A DNA stretch of 64,000 nucleotides, from assembly GCA_965202585.1 (NCBI GenBank), contig OZ241826.1, positions 94,302,001 to 94,366,000 on the forward strand. The letters are read 5' to 3'. A program made the translations under genes and the position numbers. The notes under the pieces are model-generated. The model had not been told where the DNA came from. It made no database searches and saw nothing but the letters and a program-made list of their open reading frames with translations. Of this stretch, positions 1 through 13,824 are shown piece after piece (the stretch's first letter is position 1; every line of letters begins with the position of its first letter). This DNA is from Thalia democratica. Taxonomy: Eukaryota.

Positions 1-408
1 AGTTTTTTCAAAAATTTATCCAGGTTTTCCAAAATTTTTCCAGGTTTTTAAAATTTCTTCCACGATTTTATAAGTACACATTTCGTGTCTATTTTGTTTA
101 AAATCTAGTTTAGGGTAAAAAATTTTGTTAAATAGTATTAAAAGATTGAAAAGATACTGTAAAGCTACTTAAAATATGTTTTTTGGTAGAATAAATTTTG
201 CTGATGAAAAAAAATATTTTTGTTAGATTATTGAGTCAAATTAAAGTTTTACTACTAAACATGAGAAAATTATTTGAATTCCAGGTTTTTTAGTGACGTT
301 TGTACAAAATATCATTTTTTTTTTTTTTTTTTAAATTTCTCAAATTTTAGGTTATTTTTTAGCCTAAATTGTAAAATTCTAGGTTATTCCAGGTAAGTGG
401 CAATTCTG
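1..408 (-). mobile_element. ~400-bp MITE, CAGGGTTGCC-TIR family (truncated by window edge)
   Basis: Ends in tggcaattctg at 398-408; reverse complement of the copy at 39828-40227. Confidence 0.7.
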
Positions 409-3400
409 AGCTGGGAAATATAGGTCATGAATGCAGATTTAAGAATAATGAAATGTGGGCTTTTCATATCTAAAATTTAAACACAAAATTTATATGTACC
501 TTCCCACTAAAGAATTTTAAGCAGGTGATATTTTTAGTGACAGGCTTTAAAATAATTTAACTTAACTGTAAGTAAGCTTTTGTTTATAGCTTTTTTATGC
601 TACTTTTAAAAATGCTGATTTTTAAAAGTTTAAGTATTAATAGTAAAAACAGTGAAATTGGAAAACTAGGTTAGTGACTTTACAAATTTAATTTAAAAGT
701 AATTTACAAGTATTTACTAACATAAAACAAATAAGTGAAAAAGTGAGGTCTTTGATAATTGATGCTCAGGAAAAATTTAACACATTCAAAATAAATTAAT
801 AACAGAAATTATATTCTTTATATAATATATTGTTTTTGATAACTTCAACTACATTATAACTAAAAATTAGATATAAGCTTTTTTAATCAACATTTTAAAG
901 GAAAACACTGTGATTTTTAAATTTGGTTCAATAGACAAAATTGTTAACAAAAACACTAGAAATGTACTTAACCTGTATAAAATATTTGACACTTCCTGCT
1001 ACTTCTACTATTTGTCCAATATTTTTTTTTATTGAGCTTATATTATCAAATATTGTAAATTTGCACTTGTTTCACTGATTTTAGATTCAGTATTCAAAAA
1101 ATTATTTATTTTTAAAAATTAAGGTAGCATAAAAGGTATATATTGTCCTTAAATTTAAGGATTTTGACGTATGATTTCAGTTTGATACAATAACTTAAGC
1201 TCAAAGAAAAAAAAAACAATGTTTTGTTTTGTTTCTGTAATTTTTTAAAGTATATTCATAAATGTGTTTAATACAATTCAAACTTCATACTATTATACTT
1301 ATGACTTCATTACTACCACGAATTTAAACTTATATGTAAAATTTTAATAGTTAGATTTTTTTTAAGGTATTGCCAATGTTTTTTACACTATTGTTGCAAG
1401 AATTTGGGTCTAAAGTTAAGTTTTCAATATACCTAATTTGTTCTTATTTAAACAGTTGAGTAAGGAATAAGGGTAATAAAGTAGAAATACAGGATTATTG
1501 TATTAAAAATATTAAGTTGGTTTGCATTTTCAACTTCTTATAATTGAAGTTTATGTAAATTAGTTATTAAGTACTTTTATTTACAGTAAATAAAAAAAAT
1601 ATATGTGTATTCAGAATAAAATTATAAGGCTTTTGTTAGTAAACCTAAGAATTTAGTGCCTTAAACTAAACTGTTACCTAACCAATAACTCAAAAAAAAG
1701 GTAGGCTTTATGTTTAAACTATGTTCAATAATTATACTACAACCTAATAAAACAGTTCTTTAACTTTTAGAACTCTTTAACGTTTTTAACAAAAAATGTG
1801 ACTTATACCTTTTAAAACTAATTATAACTACAAAAAAATACTAACTATATATACTGTTTATTGAACGATAAAAAAACGCTCAAAAGTTTGGTCTAAGGAC
1901 CTGGTGTACGAAAAACCTTTCAGTTATTGAGTCGTACACCATAACTATATACCTAAACTGTATTTTTTATTCCTTTGCACTTATACTTGTAACTTTTGTA
2001 AAGCATTGTTTTAGAATGAGTTTTTATAAAGAGATAACATGGATTTACAATAAAGTTTACTATTAGTGTTTTCACGCATAATATTCTGAGTTTGTTTTTA
2101 AAATAAGAGACTTAGCATAAAAAGTTACTTAGATACATTATCATATGCACATAAATATATACATATATTGTATGATTTAACAAAATTAAACACATCCGAA
2201 TCATAGAACGATCATGAATTTTTATGTTATGTGAATGTAGCTAAATAGTATCATTCTTAATTTAATATGGGTAATGAAATGTACGTGATAGCTAAAGGCT
2301 ATCTAAAACACTCTGAGGAATATTCTTACTTTTAATATATCAAAAATTAATTGTGTAAGAATAATTGGTTTATCAGATTAGATTTATTCAGAGACGAGTT
2401 TGTATGGTTAACACAAATGGGACAAGTTGAAATTTAAATGTTCTGTACTAAATGATAATTTGTGGTATACAGCTTTCCCAAAATTCTATAATAACTTGTG
2501 CTTATACGCAAGTCAAGGAAGAAAACTGGGCCTCCAAGCAAACGAATGCCTAAAGTGCTCAAATATAAATTAACCGGCGTTATGGGCAAAGTAAGGTAAC
2601 AATATCACAAATAGTAATAGAAACGTCATAGTTGAAGGTAAAAATAACACAAATAGTAAAAGAAATGCTTATTAGAAGTAACAATACCACAGAAGTATCA
2701 GAAACGCCATAGTTGAAGTTAACATAAACGCTACTGTTGAAATTAACAGGAAAACTACTGTTGAAACAAACACAAACATTGAAGATACTAGGAACAGTTC
2801 AACTTGTGTGGACTTTTTAAGGAAGGAATCTGGTCCTCCAAGAAAACATATGCCTAAACTGCTCAGATATAAGTTAAGCGGAGTTATGGGGAAAGTAAGT
2901 GCAAAGTTTTGCAGTTGCTAAAATCTGCATCTAAAATTTGTGAACGTTTTGATCTAAAAACCAAAAAATACACTGCTTGCACTTCAAACAAGGATCTTAA
3001 CTTGACTTTTTATTTTGTAAACAAACACTTATTTTAGTTTATGATTAATACTTAGATAAAGCGTTAAAATTCATTTAAGATTATGTACTAAGAAATTAAG
3101 CTAGTAGGTTAATTCTATGGTTAAATTAAAGGGCGGAAGGGTAACCGTATTATCTGCATATTACACACTTGATAGAATCAATTACGCTCTCAAGTTACAA
3201 GTGATCAGCAATTTATAAGTTGTTTTTAAAACTTATTGTTGTGAAATACAAACAGAAAACTTAACTTTGACCTAATACTTTTTTTACACTTATTTAGCTA
3301 CATAAAACAACATTTATTTTTTTTTAATCTTTAAGCTGCTAAACTATAAAGGTTTTTGATTGAAATTATATTATTGATCTTGAAAATAGTTATAGGTTTT

Positions 3401-3805
3401 CATATGATAGGGTTGTAAAAAACAGCATGCATTAGTTTTAGGTTCTCAATATAAAAATTCTTGAGCTGGTAAAAAAGAAACAAACCTAATTTTACTTGGT
3501 AAATAACAAATACATTATGCATATTAGCTACCCAATGGACAAAGAGTGTACTAAAGCTGAAAATCTGGCCAAAATGAATCGCCCATGAATTGTGAAATAT
3601 AATGACATTTGGAGAGAAATTTCGGACAACCGAATCAAGTAAATTATTTACTTGAAATTAATCAGTATTTTCAATGTAGTAAACTTATAACGTGTTAAAA
3701 TTTTTACAATGGCTTCAACTTGCTAACGAGTTTTTAGCTTACTTTTTGTATGTAATTAAAGTTTTCTTGTAGTATTTCAGTCTAAGTGAAGTTGTGTTTG
3801 AAAAC

Positions 3806-3900
3806 AACAACGCTACTGTTGAAACCAACAGGAACGCTACTGTTGAAACAAACAGCAACGCTACTGTTGAAACAAACAGCAACGCTACTGTTGAAAGTAA
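3806..3900 (+). repeat. 24-nt tandem repeat aacgctactgttgaaacaaacagc (x4), encoding NATVETNS
   Basis: Seen directly; degenerate relatives at ~2600-2790, 36330-36410 and 37540-37680. Confidence 0.9.
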
Positions 3901-4489
3901 CACAGGAGTTGAAGATACTAGAAACAGTTCAACTGGTGTGAAACCCTATTAAGAAAGGAAACTTGGTCTTAAAGAAAACAAAAGCCTAAACTGCTCAAAT
4001 ATAAATTAACCGGCGTTATGGGTAAAGTAAGGTAACAATACCACGAATAGTAAAAGAAACGTCTGTAAGAAGTAACAATACAACAGAAATTATTAGAAAC
4101 TGTGGATTCGGTGATCAAGCAAAAAATTCAGACATTGATATCAGCTGTTTTAAGAGTTTAAGAATATTCAAATAAGTAGATATTTGAAGATGTTAGGCAG
4201 AAATTTATCTACAAAAATAAGAATCATTAAGAAACTAACTTTAGTTGTCATTTTTGGAAATAAAAAATATAGCGCCTGAAAAAAAAAAAAATTTCAAATA
4301 AAAACTATAGAGAATTTCAAACAAATAAATTACAATTATCGTCAAAATAAGTGTTTTTAACATGGTATGCTTGAAGATAAAAAAAATTCTAAAGTCTCTT
4401 AAAAAGGTAACGTTTTCTGAAAGAAAAATGGTTTAAGTTTTTATTATTTCTGAAAACTGTACCTTTACCAATTTGATTTATAAATTTTA

Positions 4490-5210
4490 CTATGTTAAAA
4501 TCAGGTCTAATAATAAAAGATTGTCAAACGTACAACATTATGGAAGTGGGTGTGAATGAAACAGGATATGAAGTTTGTAGAAGAAGATAAAAGTTGCTTT
4601 TGTTACTACAAACTTCAACCTTTGTTTACAAAATTTTTAAAACAATTTAGGCTTTGTCCAGAATTCATCAGAAGAACAAAAAAATTTTCTATTCTTGAAT
4701 ACTGGAACAAATCAGTTCTCAGAACTATGTGCTTGTCAGCTGAAAAAAAAGTAAAAGTATCTGAAATACTTTCAACCATAATTATAAGGAGATCTTGATA
4801 TTTTGAAGCAGGTAGATGCGACATAAATTATCAAGCTACAATAATAACAAACAAATAAAAGCAATAAGGTTTAATAATAAAAGATTGTTAAATGTACAAC
4901 ACTATGGAAGTATACAGGATATGAAGTTAGTAATACTAGTTTTAAGTTGCTGTTCTGTCAAAACATTTGAACCTTCATTTCAAAAATTGCTACAAAATAA
5001 AGATTTCTTTCGGAATTATCAGGATGACAAAACAGCACAAAATGTATTGAACCCGTTGTTGAACACCAGAGAAAATTAGTTCTTAGAACAAATTGCTTGT
5101 CAGTTGACAAAAAGCTAAAATTATCTGAAACACCTTCAACCAGAATGATGAGGAAATCTTGATATTTTGAAGCAGGTAGTTGCAACATAAATTTCGAAGC
5201 TACAACAAAA
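4490..5210. repeat. Tandem duplication of a ~360-bp unit inside the left-arm-specific insertion
   Basis: taataataaaagattgt...gatcttgatattttgaagcaggtag occurs twice (~4490-4850 and ~4855-5210). Confidence 0.85.
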
Positions 5211-8200
5211 TATTTCGTATGTTCAACTAGTGATAATAGTAGTTGAGGTTTGTAGTAGAAGACTAAAGTTGCTGTTTTTTAAAATGACGACAGTAAGAAA
5301 ATTTTCAAAAGTGTAGTTGTACACCACAACAAAATGCATACAGAAGCTGAATACTGATCCCCAAACAAAAAAGTCGAAGTTGTGTGCAGGAAAGTAAGTT
5401 CAGCACAAAACGATAGCGGCTGAATCCGAAGATGTCGAAAGTACAGTAACTTCTGGGATAAAATGGGATTAGTTCCTGTGTTAGCAATTATTTTCTAGTG
5501 CACTATTTGGCACCACAGAAAAAGTCTGTAGATAATAAAAACGCAAACACGATATTGAACAAACCCACGTGTAATAAACTTCAAATAATAATATGATAGT
5601 TGAGGATTGTAGTAGAAGGAAGCTGCTGTCTGACAAAAATAAAGATCATTTCGAAAACTACACTTTTTTGAAATTAATTTTGTTTATAAAATCATATTAA
5701 GAATTTAGCTAGTTTTGTTTGTTCTCAACAAGCTTCGGGAGTAAGGACTTCACAAACTGTCACACAAATAATGAACTGTTAAGTTCGTTATTTTGGGCAA
5801 TCAAAGCTAAGATTTTTTTTTTTATTATTACAAAATAAATTTGAAACATTAGTAAGACTCAAATATTCAAATTTATAAAAAAACTGTTTATGAATTTTTG
5901 TATTTCCTTGATCACTTGATAAAATTTCTGATGGATTTACAACGAAAGTACTCAAAAAAAATAAGAAAAATGAAATGTGTTTTGTTATATCTTTTAAATA
6001 AGTCTAAATATTGAAATATATTGTTTGGTCCATTTTTTTAAACACTTGCAACATTTTAAGACATTTGTTTTTTTTTTAATGCTTTTACTACAATGCATAT
6101 TTCAATTCTCAGAAAAGTGTTATAAAAAGCACGCAAATTTTTTATTGTGAACTTAATGTTTACAATTGACTTTGAAGTGAACAAGAACAAAAATATGTTG
6201 CAGGTATGTAAGACCAAATTTAACCTAAAGAGAGTTCATTCAGTTTCTTAGGCGGGCCAGCCATTAGTCAAGTAAAATACCCGAATCATAACATCAGATT
6301 CAAAACATACAATAAAAAACAGGTCTTTTTTCGTCCTTTTTAAAATCAAATACTGTTTGGTGATGCAGTGAAAAGACTAGCTATTGAAGTCAGCTGTTTA
6401 AAGCGTTTGACATAAACTTATAACAATTAATATTTTAAGATGTCTTGCAGAACTTTACCTCAAATAAAAATCATAAAAAAACTGACTTAATTTTTTAAGT
6501 AAAGTTACACACTTTTAGTAAATCACTTGACAGATATTCAAAGCTGTCACAAGGCTGAAATCGCAAACCACCTTCAAATAAGTATGGAGGAAATCCAGCT
6601 ACTGAAAAGAGGAGGTATCAAAATTTTGTTGTCTAGATTCTCTGACGCTCGGAACAAGGTAAATTTGTGTAAAACAGGCAACAAATATATTAACTTTCGG
6701 AAAATTCCTAAAATATAAAGAGGAAATGTTCCAAAGGTGAAACACGATTAATTTTAAGAAAGTAGTTATACACCCTTCAAAAATTTTCCAAGCTTCTGCC
6801 GTTTAAAGTTAAAACCGACTTCAGCTACATTTTTAATGCATTCCTTATTGAATGTGATAAATACAGACGATTATATATTAAGGTAAGTAACTATTGTTAA
6901 AAAGCTGAGTACAGAAAACATTTAGTCATAGTAAACGTTTTGCGCAGCCCACATAAACTGTAGAAAGCCACATAAACAGATTAATAGAAGATAAGGACGC
7001 AATACTACTTTACAAACACGTTATGGGCTACATGATTTGTTAAGTTTTGTAATGTCAATAATAATTATTTTTGTTCTACCAGATAATTCAGGGTTTTTGT
7101 GAAAATGGCTGTACATTATCCAACCTTCTGCCAATTAAAGTTGAAACAGACTTCTGCTACGTTTATATGAATTCGTTGTGAAATGTAATATATACACATT
7201 TTGTGATAAATTAAACACTATTTATACAAAAAAAATGGTTTCCAGGTATATCAAGATGATAACAAGCTTAACTTGTAGAGTTTTAAACAGTTTAAAAAAA
7301 CCAACTGATATTTTTTCATTGATTAGTTTAGGGCACTTACATTATCAAAACCAAATAAAAAACTTAAAGGTTAATTTAAATGATATGCTCACACTTACTA
7401 GTGCAATGATTTCAATAGTTCGAATGAAACTTTCTTCTTAATTGAGGCAACTTGCCTTTAAGATTCACCTATGCAATTATAAAGTCCAAGAATTAGGATC
7501 CTTCAGGTGTGTAGGAATGTCTTAAATTAAACTAATATAAAGTAAAACTTAAAATATGCACATTTTATTTCACATTAACAGACGCTTTCATAACAATAAT
7601 AGACCATAAAGGTATTTCCCTTATAATTCTAAATGTAAACTGATTAAAGATATGCCTAAAATTAATAATAGCACTACTTCATAGTTGTTGATAATAATGG
7701 TTTACCAATGAACTATGCACATAGAAAAATTTAGTCATTCATAACCTAAACAAAAGCGAATCAAAGGTAAGAAAGATCTTAATACCGCAGAAAAAGACAC
7801 ACAAGCAGAATCAGATAATGATGGAATGACCCATGATTGAAATAAGTAACAAACCATTACTAGTCAAGCAAAAAGTTAAAATTTAATAAAGTTTCCAATG
7901 TTTAATTAGTCGCTTGTCAATCATCATAAAGCTACCTATTGATCATCAGATTTCTGTGAAAAAATATGACTAAAGACACATCTAAATTTCTCAGCACTTG
8001 TATGTAAAAACATGATAGCTTAGTGAGACACTTTGAGTGTGTTGACTTTTATTTTTAGTGTAAAATGTTGCTACAGTTACAAAAACTTGCTACGGTTTGA
8101 TAGTATTCTTAAGCTTTTTTTCATGCACTAATTAGAAGTTCTGAACTAAAATCATATCTAAACCATACTTGCATAGTAGACTAAACAAATGTTGAAAGTA

Positions 8201-9341
8201 ATTGCATATTTGCTTGAACAAAAAGAAGTTGATAAGAGTCGTTGGGTCATTATCACCGAGCTTCAGCATATTAAATTAGTACACATTTGAGACATAAAAC
8301 TTCAATACAAAATATTTTAGAATAATATTGATGGTGAAAAGAAAAATTGATACAAGCTTTGTAAGCTGTAACTTTTAAACTAGCAGTTAACAAATGAATT
8401 GCTTGAGAAAAATTGTTAGATAAAATTAACATTCGTTTTATGACGTATTAATCGAACTAGCTCGATTTTTTTCACTTAAAATTTGAGCGCCAACTTTAGT
8501 GTTTATAACAAAATGTCTTTTTTTGCTAAACTATCAGCTTGATCAGAGAATTATCAGTTTAAAACGTTAGTTTTTTTAAAACATCACTAATTATAATCTT
8601 AATTGTAATTTATACACTTCGATTTGAACTTAGCTATTAGTATAAATAAGTGTATTCATCGAGAAAAAAAAAGAATATAGTTCGTTTTTTAGCTAAATGC
8701 TTTGAACTTTCACATTCACTCCTGCTAAAAATAAACGTTTTCAGTTACAAAACTAAAGAACGGATAAGCAATGAATAATAAAAAATATTACATAAAAATA
8801 AGAATTGTGTCAAAAGTAAGATAAGACAAGTCTTTAGGCGAAAATTGAGTACAAATTAGGTAAAATGTTTTATGTTTACGTAATATCTTAAATATGGTCG
8901 ATTTAATTCTATTGTAATATACATATAGAGTTTTAAGACTTTGTTTGAGTATATTGAAAGACTGTACTAAGAAAAATAACACTAGTTTAATTTAAAAATA
9001 GTTTATCAAAATAAATTGAGTTTCTCTTTTATGTGTTTGTTGTAAATTACCTAAATAATCTGTATACTTGAATTTATACTTTTTTGTAAAATTTTAGACA
9101 TCCCTGAAAAAAAGTTTTTTTTGAAGAACTGTGGTAAAACATTATTAATGTGAAGAAGTTTTGTGTTTAGAAAAAAATACTAAATAGTCGTATATACAGC
9201 CGGAAATTTTTATTACGATTTAAATAAAAATGGCTCACTTGATGCATATTTGTAAATACCATAAAAAATAGGCAAACTAGTTGAAAATTGTTAGATTAGA
9301 TGAAAATTGCTAAAAACCCGATATTGACAGTTCTAGGTTAT

Positions 9342-9757
9342 TAGTATACATATGACAATTTAAATTCGGACAATTCAAACTCAGACAATTCAATTTGTTA
9401 AAAAACTAATTAAATGACTATATCTCAATAAGTACTACAAACTTGAAAAAAAAAATACATATGTAGATCTTATTAATATCTACAAGTCATGTTTTTCTTT
9501 TTTTTTTTGAAAATTGTAATTATTTTATAAGATATATTAAAATTACTAAAAGCAAATATGTTTTTAACTTTATTTAAGCCATGTCTCAAAATTTTTTTAT
9601 GTTTTGCAAAAAGAAAAAATAACTTGTAGATATTGATAATACCTACGTAAGTATTTTTTAAATTTGACAAATATACTTTACTTTTTTAGTAGTGGCCCTT
9701 TCTATTTTTTTTTAAAGAGTTTGAATTGTCCGAATTTGAATAGTCTTGCACCTCTTA
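9342..9757. mobile_element. MITE-like element with ~40-bp imperfect TIRs
   Basis: aaattcggacaattcaaactc (9362) vs gagtttgaattgtccgaattt (~9717); TSD not clear. Confidence 0.6.
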
Positions 9758-11401
9758 TTAGTACAATAAAGTCTTTTTTAAGATATGCGTAACTTAAATA
9801 CAAATTTGTTTCAACTAGGCAGAGTGTCACGGCAAGTTTAAACTTTTTTTTAGGGTTTTAAAACTTAAGACAGCTCGTTAGAATTTTTATTGCAAAGCTT
9901 GAGCTAATTTGAATAAGCTTAATTAGTTTATGCCTAAACTTGATAATTTAGTTTAAATTTAACACGTCTAGACTCTTATTAGAGATACAAATAGTTAGGC
10001 AAGAAGGTATGAGGCATTTTAATGTAAAATGTTTTTGATCTACTACAAATTTTTTAAATTTAGATAAATTAAAAAAAAAAGTTTATTACCAAAAGAGAAG
10101 TTTTTGAAAGAGAACTTATACTAAAGACTTTAAAGGTTTAAGTTTACATAAAACTTCAATCAAATCATATATACTTTTTAAAAACTTAGGCCAGCATTTA
10201 CTTCTTTTTTCTAAGTGGCTTATAGTTTTAAATATTACACGGATTAATGAAAACTTGTAATGTAAGATTCTCTAGTTATACTTGTTCTATCTTATCAGCT
10301 AACATCATTTTATGAAAGCCAGGAAAAATTAGTTTAAAAAGTTAAGTTATTTTTATTATCAGATAGTTTTACTTTATCTAAAGTTTTACGTTTTCAATCA
10401 GCTTTATTAAAAACGGTGTATTAAAAAGACGTATTGGAAAACTACTAATCTTATTTTAATGTAAAACTAATTTACGCTCAGTTTTAAAATCTTATATCTT
10501 CATTTCTAATAATAGAGAAGCTTAGATTAACATAGGTTTTACTGAAAATCATACTTTTTATGTAGACCATCACACCATATAACATTTTAGAGTATATTAT
10601 GCAGTAGAAAACTATTTTTCTGAATCAAAAACAATTTAAATTTTTTCATAAAGATGGCCTTGTATGTTATATCAATGTTATAGAAACAACTATGAATATA
10701 ACGCATTATTGCTTCAATGTGTAAAAACTATGACAAAAGACTTAACATACTTAGTATTGTTAGAAAATTTTAACTATCGATTTAGTTAGTCTCATTAGGT
10801 ATTTAAACTAAAAATATTTTATAGTTAAAGCTGTAGTTTAGCTTAATGCATTCTTAAAAACAATGTGTAGCTCAAAAAGCTAGGAGTCATAGTCTTAAAT
10901 TTGTACAGACCAAAATAGTCAATAATTTCCTAGAATTAATACATCAGAACTTACCAAATACTGATCAAAAAAAATTGCATAAAATATCATATTGCTGCAC
11001 ACTAAACATTATAGTCATTATTAATTCACACAACAAAAATATTAATTTTCAATCTAACCTTTCGATGGATTACTGCGTCTTATTATTTGTTTTAAACTCA
11101 ATACTCAGGAAGGTAAAATTATAAAATCGTTTTAAATTTTTATTTGAATATTTTTATTTATGAAAACAACTGGTCGTGGCTCTGTATAGCCAAAAAAAGT
11201 GCAAGAACTATAATATAAAACATAAAACTATAAATAGTAACTAAGTAACTATAAATAGCAATATTTCGTTAACAGCATATAAAAATTATATTATATATTT
11301 CTAAAGAGTTGAAGTTAAACCATCACTAGGGTAGATCTACGTTGTCTACAAAGCTTTATTAGAAAGTTTTTTTTTTCGAAATAAAAAATTTAAAATATAT
11401 T

Positions 11402-12087
11402 TTAAATATTATCTCCATCAGAGTAGGGCTCATCACCAACTGAATTGAGTCTTGTTCTCGGAAACCGATTTCGCATGTTTCGTGACGTCATACGACCTCT
11501 GTCGGGTATGTAAGTGATTGGTTCTCTAGCATCAGCTTCCCTTAGCCTGGCAACTGCTTCCCTGAGCCTGGCAGCTGCTTCCCTATCTTCCATTCTCATA
11601 ATTGCTGTTTCTAATAAAGTATTTTCTATTTGGATTCGCAGGTTTTCATTTCTCTGTCTAATAACTTCGATAGGAAGTGTTCGGACTCGGTGGGGCGTGT
11701 AGATTGTTGGATCTCTGGCATCTGTTTCCCTGTGTTCCCTTTGCAGAATTTCTGCTTGTGCTAATGCATTTTCTGCTTGGGCTACCATATTTTCATTTGA
11801 ATTATCTCCGCTCGACAAAGTTTCGCTTGGTAATGGTATTCTCTGACTGGTGGCATGTAACATAAGCGACGGCATCGCTGTAGTATGTGTAACACTTACT
11901 GCGTTCGGTGGATTGACTGTTATCCTCCCGTATCATTCAAAACAGGCACTAGCGGGTTGCTCTGCAATAGTGGTGTGTCTGCCTCTTGTACATTATTTTG
12001 TACTCGACTGGTCGATGCACTTTGGCCTTCTGAAGGTGAATCTCGTGCAGCATCCGTTTGCTCGTTTGGGTTGGCGTTGCTACTCAT
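11402..12087 (-). CDS. Orphan low-complexity/coiled-coil protein (~230 aa), split by a probable 1-nt frameshift near 11925
   Basis: GC-rich island. ATG at 12087 (MSSNANPNEQ...NDTGG*) continues in the next frame into the 157-aa ORF 11875-11402. A ttaaacag acceptor lies ~65 nt upstream of the ATG. Confidence 0.55.
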
Positions 12088-13824
12088 TTTGTTTATAAAT
12101 AGCCTGTTTGGTTTTTGTTTGTTGAAAGTATTTATAATTATAGTTTCAAAATCTGTTTAATCTATGTAAAAATTTGATTCAGTTGAAATTAAATGACTTA
12201 TTTGTTCTTAAAATATTAGAATAACAACTTGAAAAATGATGAAGTGTGAAAAAAAAAATATGATGCAAATTTTGTATAAGAATTCTTTTATATAACCAAA
12301 TTAAAAATTCTGCATTTTTCAATAAAAGAAGATATACTGATTTAGAATTTTTTTTTCTAAAAACTGTTTAGTGTGTTTTAAAATATATTTCTTTTTAGTC
12401 CTATAATTTTATAAAGCATTTTGTTACACATATTTTTTTTATAAAATTGTAGTTTATAAAATGTAGAACAAGCATATTTGTATATTATATATCAATAAAT
12501 AGTATATACTTAAATATTTCTATAGTATATCTTTATACTTTGTTCGGTATATCTGTTTATTATATAGAATCAAAAACTAAATGCTTTAACTTGTTTACAC
12601 CAACTAAGTTATTTAAGTAAAAGTTTATTTTAGTCAAATGTGGGATAACTTTTTATATTCACTTTTAACAAATATCAAAGTATAATATAACTATAGTTCT
12701 ATAGACTTAAACATAACTTTTATACCTGCATTAAAATACAAATTTTGAAATTACAATTTTAGAATTTATTTAAAAATTAAATTACTATATTCACCGTTCA
12801 ACATTAAAAATATTAGATTCAAAATTGAACGATGAAAATCCTTTACAACACAAACCTCTTTAGTAAACTTTTAAATGTTTATTTACATAATTTTTTAACA
12901 ATAATATTAAAAAAAAGTCTATAATATCTCTTTTAAAAAAGTATATTAAAATTATTCAATTTATTTTTACAAAAATATTCTGGTGTAGTGGTTTTTGAGT
13001 GTTTTTTTGATTTAGAAAATTTTTATTAGCTTAGGCTTAGTTCCCTTATTCATTAATTTTATAAGATAGCAAATACATTGTTGCAAAATAGTCATTACAA
13101 GAAATTGAAGTAAAACGTTTTTTTAGAAGATAAGTATAAGTTTACATGCATAGCAATGAAAAAACTGAACTATGTATTGGGTATTCTGTTTTTATGTATA
13201 TTTTATATATTGTTAAGTTTATCTAAACATGTTAAACAATTTTATTCAGCTTAAGATAAGAAGTGAATCTCTTGAACACGCTAACTGGATTAAGAACGAC
13301 GCATAAAAATTGTTTTTGGATGACACATAAGATTTTATCTACCGCCATGAACCAAACATCTAATGATAATTAAAATTAATATTTAATAATAAAAGAAACA
13401 AACGTTTATAAAGTATTTAGTGTTACCTCAGATTAGTAATTTAGCATTCTACCAAATTTCAATTAAAGCGTTTAGCATAAAAAGTTTGTTTTATTTTGAC
13501 TGGATGGTCGGTAATAGATCTTACACAAAACGTACTAATATCTTATATCTTATAACTGGATCATTATCTATAGGTGTGTAAATAAAAAAAAAAACAATGA
13601 ATATAGAAATCTGTTGTAATGCTATGAAAGAACTATGTAGTATATAAATTTAAGCTACGATTGAAAAGGCTGTTAGTTGCTTTTAAATTCCTAAAAAAAA
13701 TAATTAGCCAAAAATGTGCTAAAAACTTTTTGTGTTAAAAGCATAAAAACAATTAATTGTATTAACTTTAAAGTGAGTCATAATTCCACAAAAAAGAGCT
13801 CAACTAAAAAGGAGGAAATAAACA

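Larger units (their letters stand above)
2390..7500 (+). pseudogene. Decayed multi-exon protein-kinase gene, eIF2-alpha-kinase-like N-lobe (left-arm copy)
   Basis: Exon ~3128-3214 reads KGGRVTVLSAYYTLDRINYALKLQV (Gly loop + AxK lysine). Exon 3528-3638 reads DKECTKAENLAKMNRP*IVKYNDIWRE. Exon from 3781 has NATVET repeats. Canonical ag/gt boundaries, in-frame stops, and no HRD or DFG motif found. Outer limits are approximate. Confidence 0.6.
1..9165 (+). repeat. Left arm of large inverted segmental duplication (runs off the window start)
   Basis: Position 1 agttttttcaaaaa is the reverse complement of the sequence ending at 40215. Colinear reverse-complement matches run throughout (e.g. 1861-2040 vs 38200-38410; 8430-8560 vs 33480-33610; 9100-9165 vs 32875-32940). 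The left arm has ~2 kb extra (~4230-6300). Confidence 0.95.

Noticed and set aside
2500-4090. Alternative genetic code (TAA = Gln), suggested by TAA/CAA alternation
   Set aside because: The long intact ORFs have no in-frame TAA, use CAA for Gln, and the PLE ORF ends in TAA at the expected place; pseudogene decay explains it.
8788-9670. Short AT-rich ORFs (8788-8982, 9473-9670; also 27294-27563, 40096-40308, 54775-54993)
   Set aside because: They are K/F/I/L-rich chance frames, mostly inside MITEs or repeats.
11891-11912. 22-nt GTAAGT...CTACAG mini-intron (minus strand) to repair the orphan ORF
   Set aside because: It lies downstream of the in-frame TAA, so removing it does not restore the frame.
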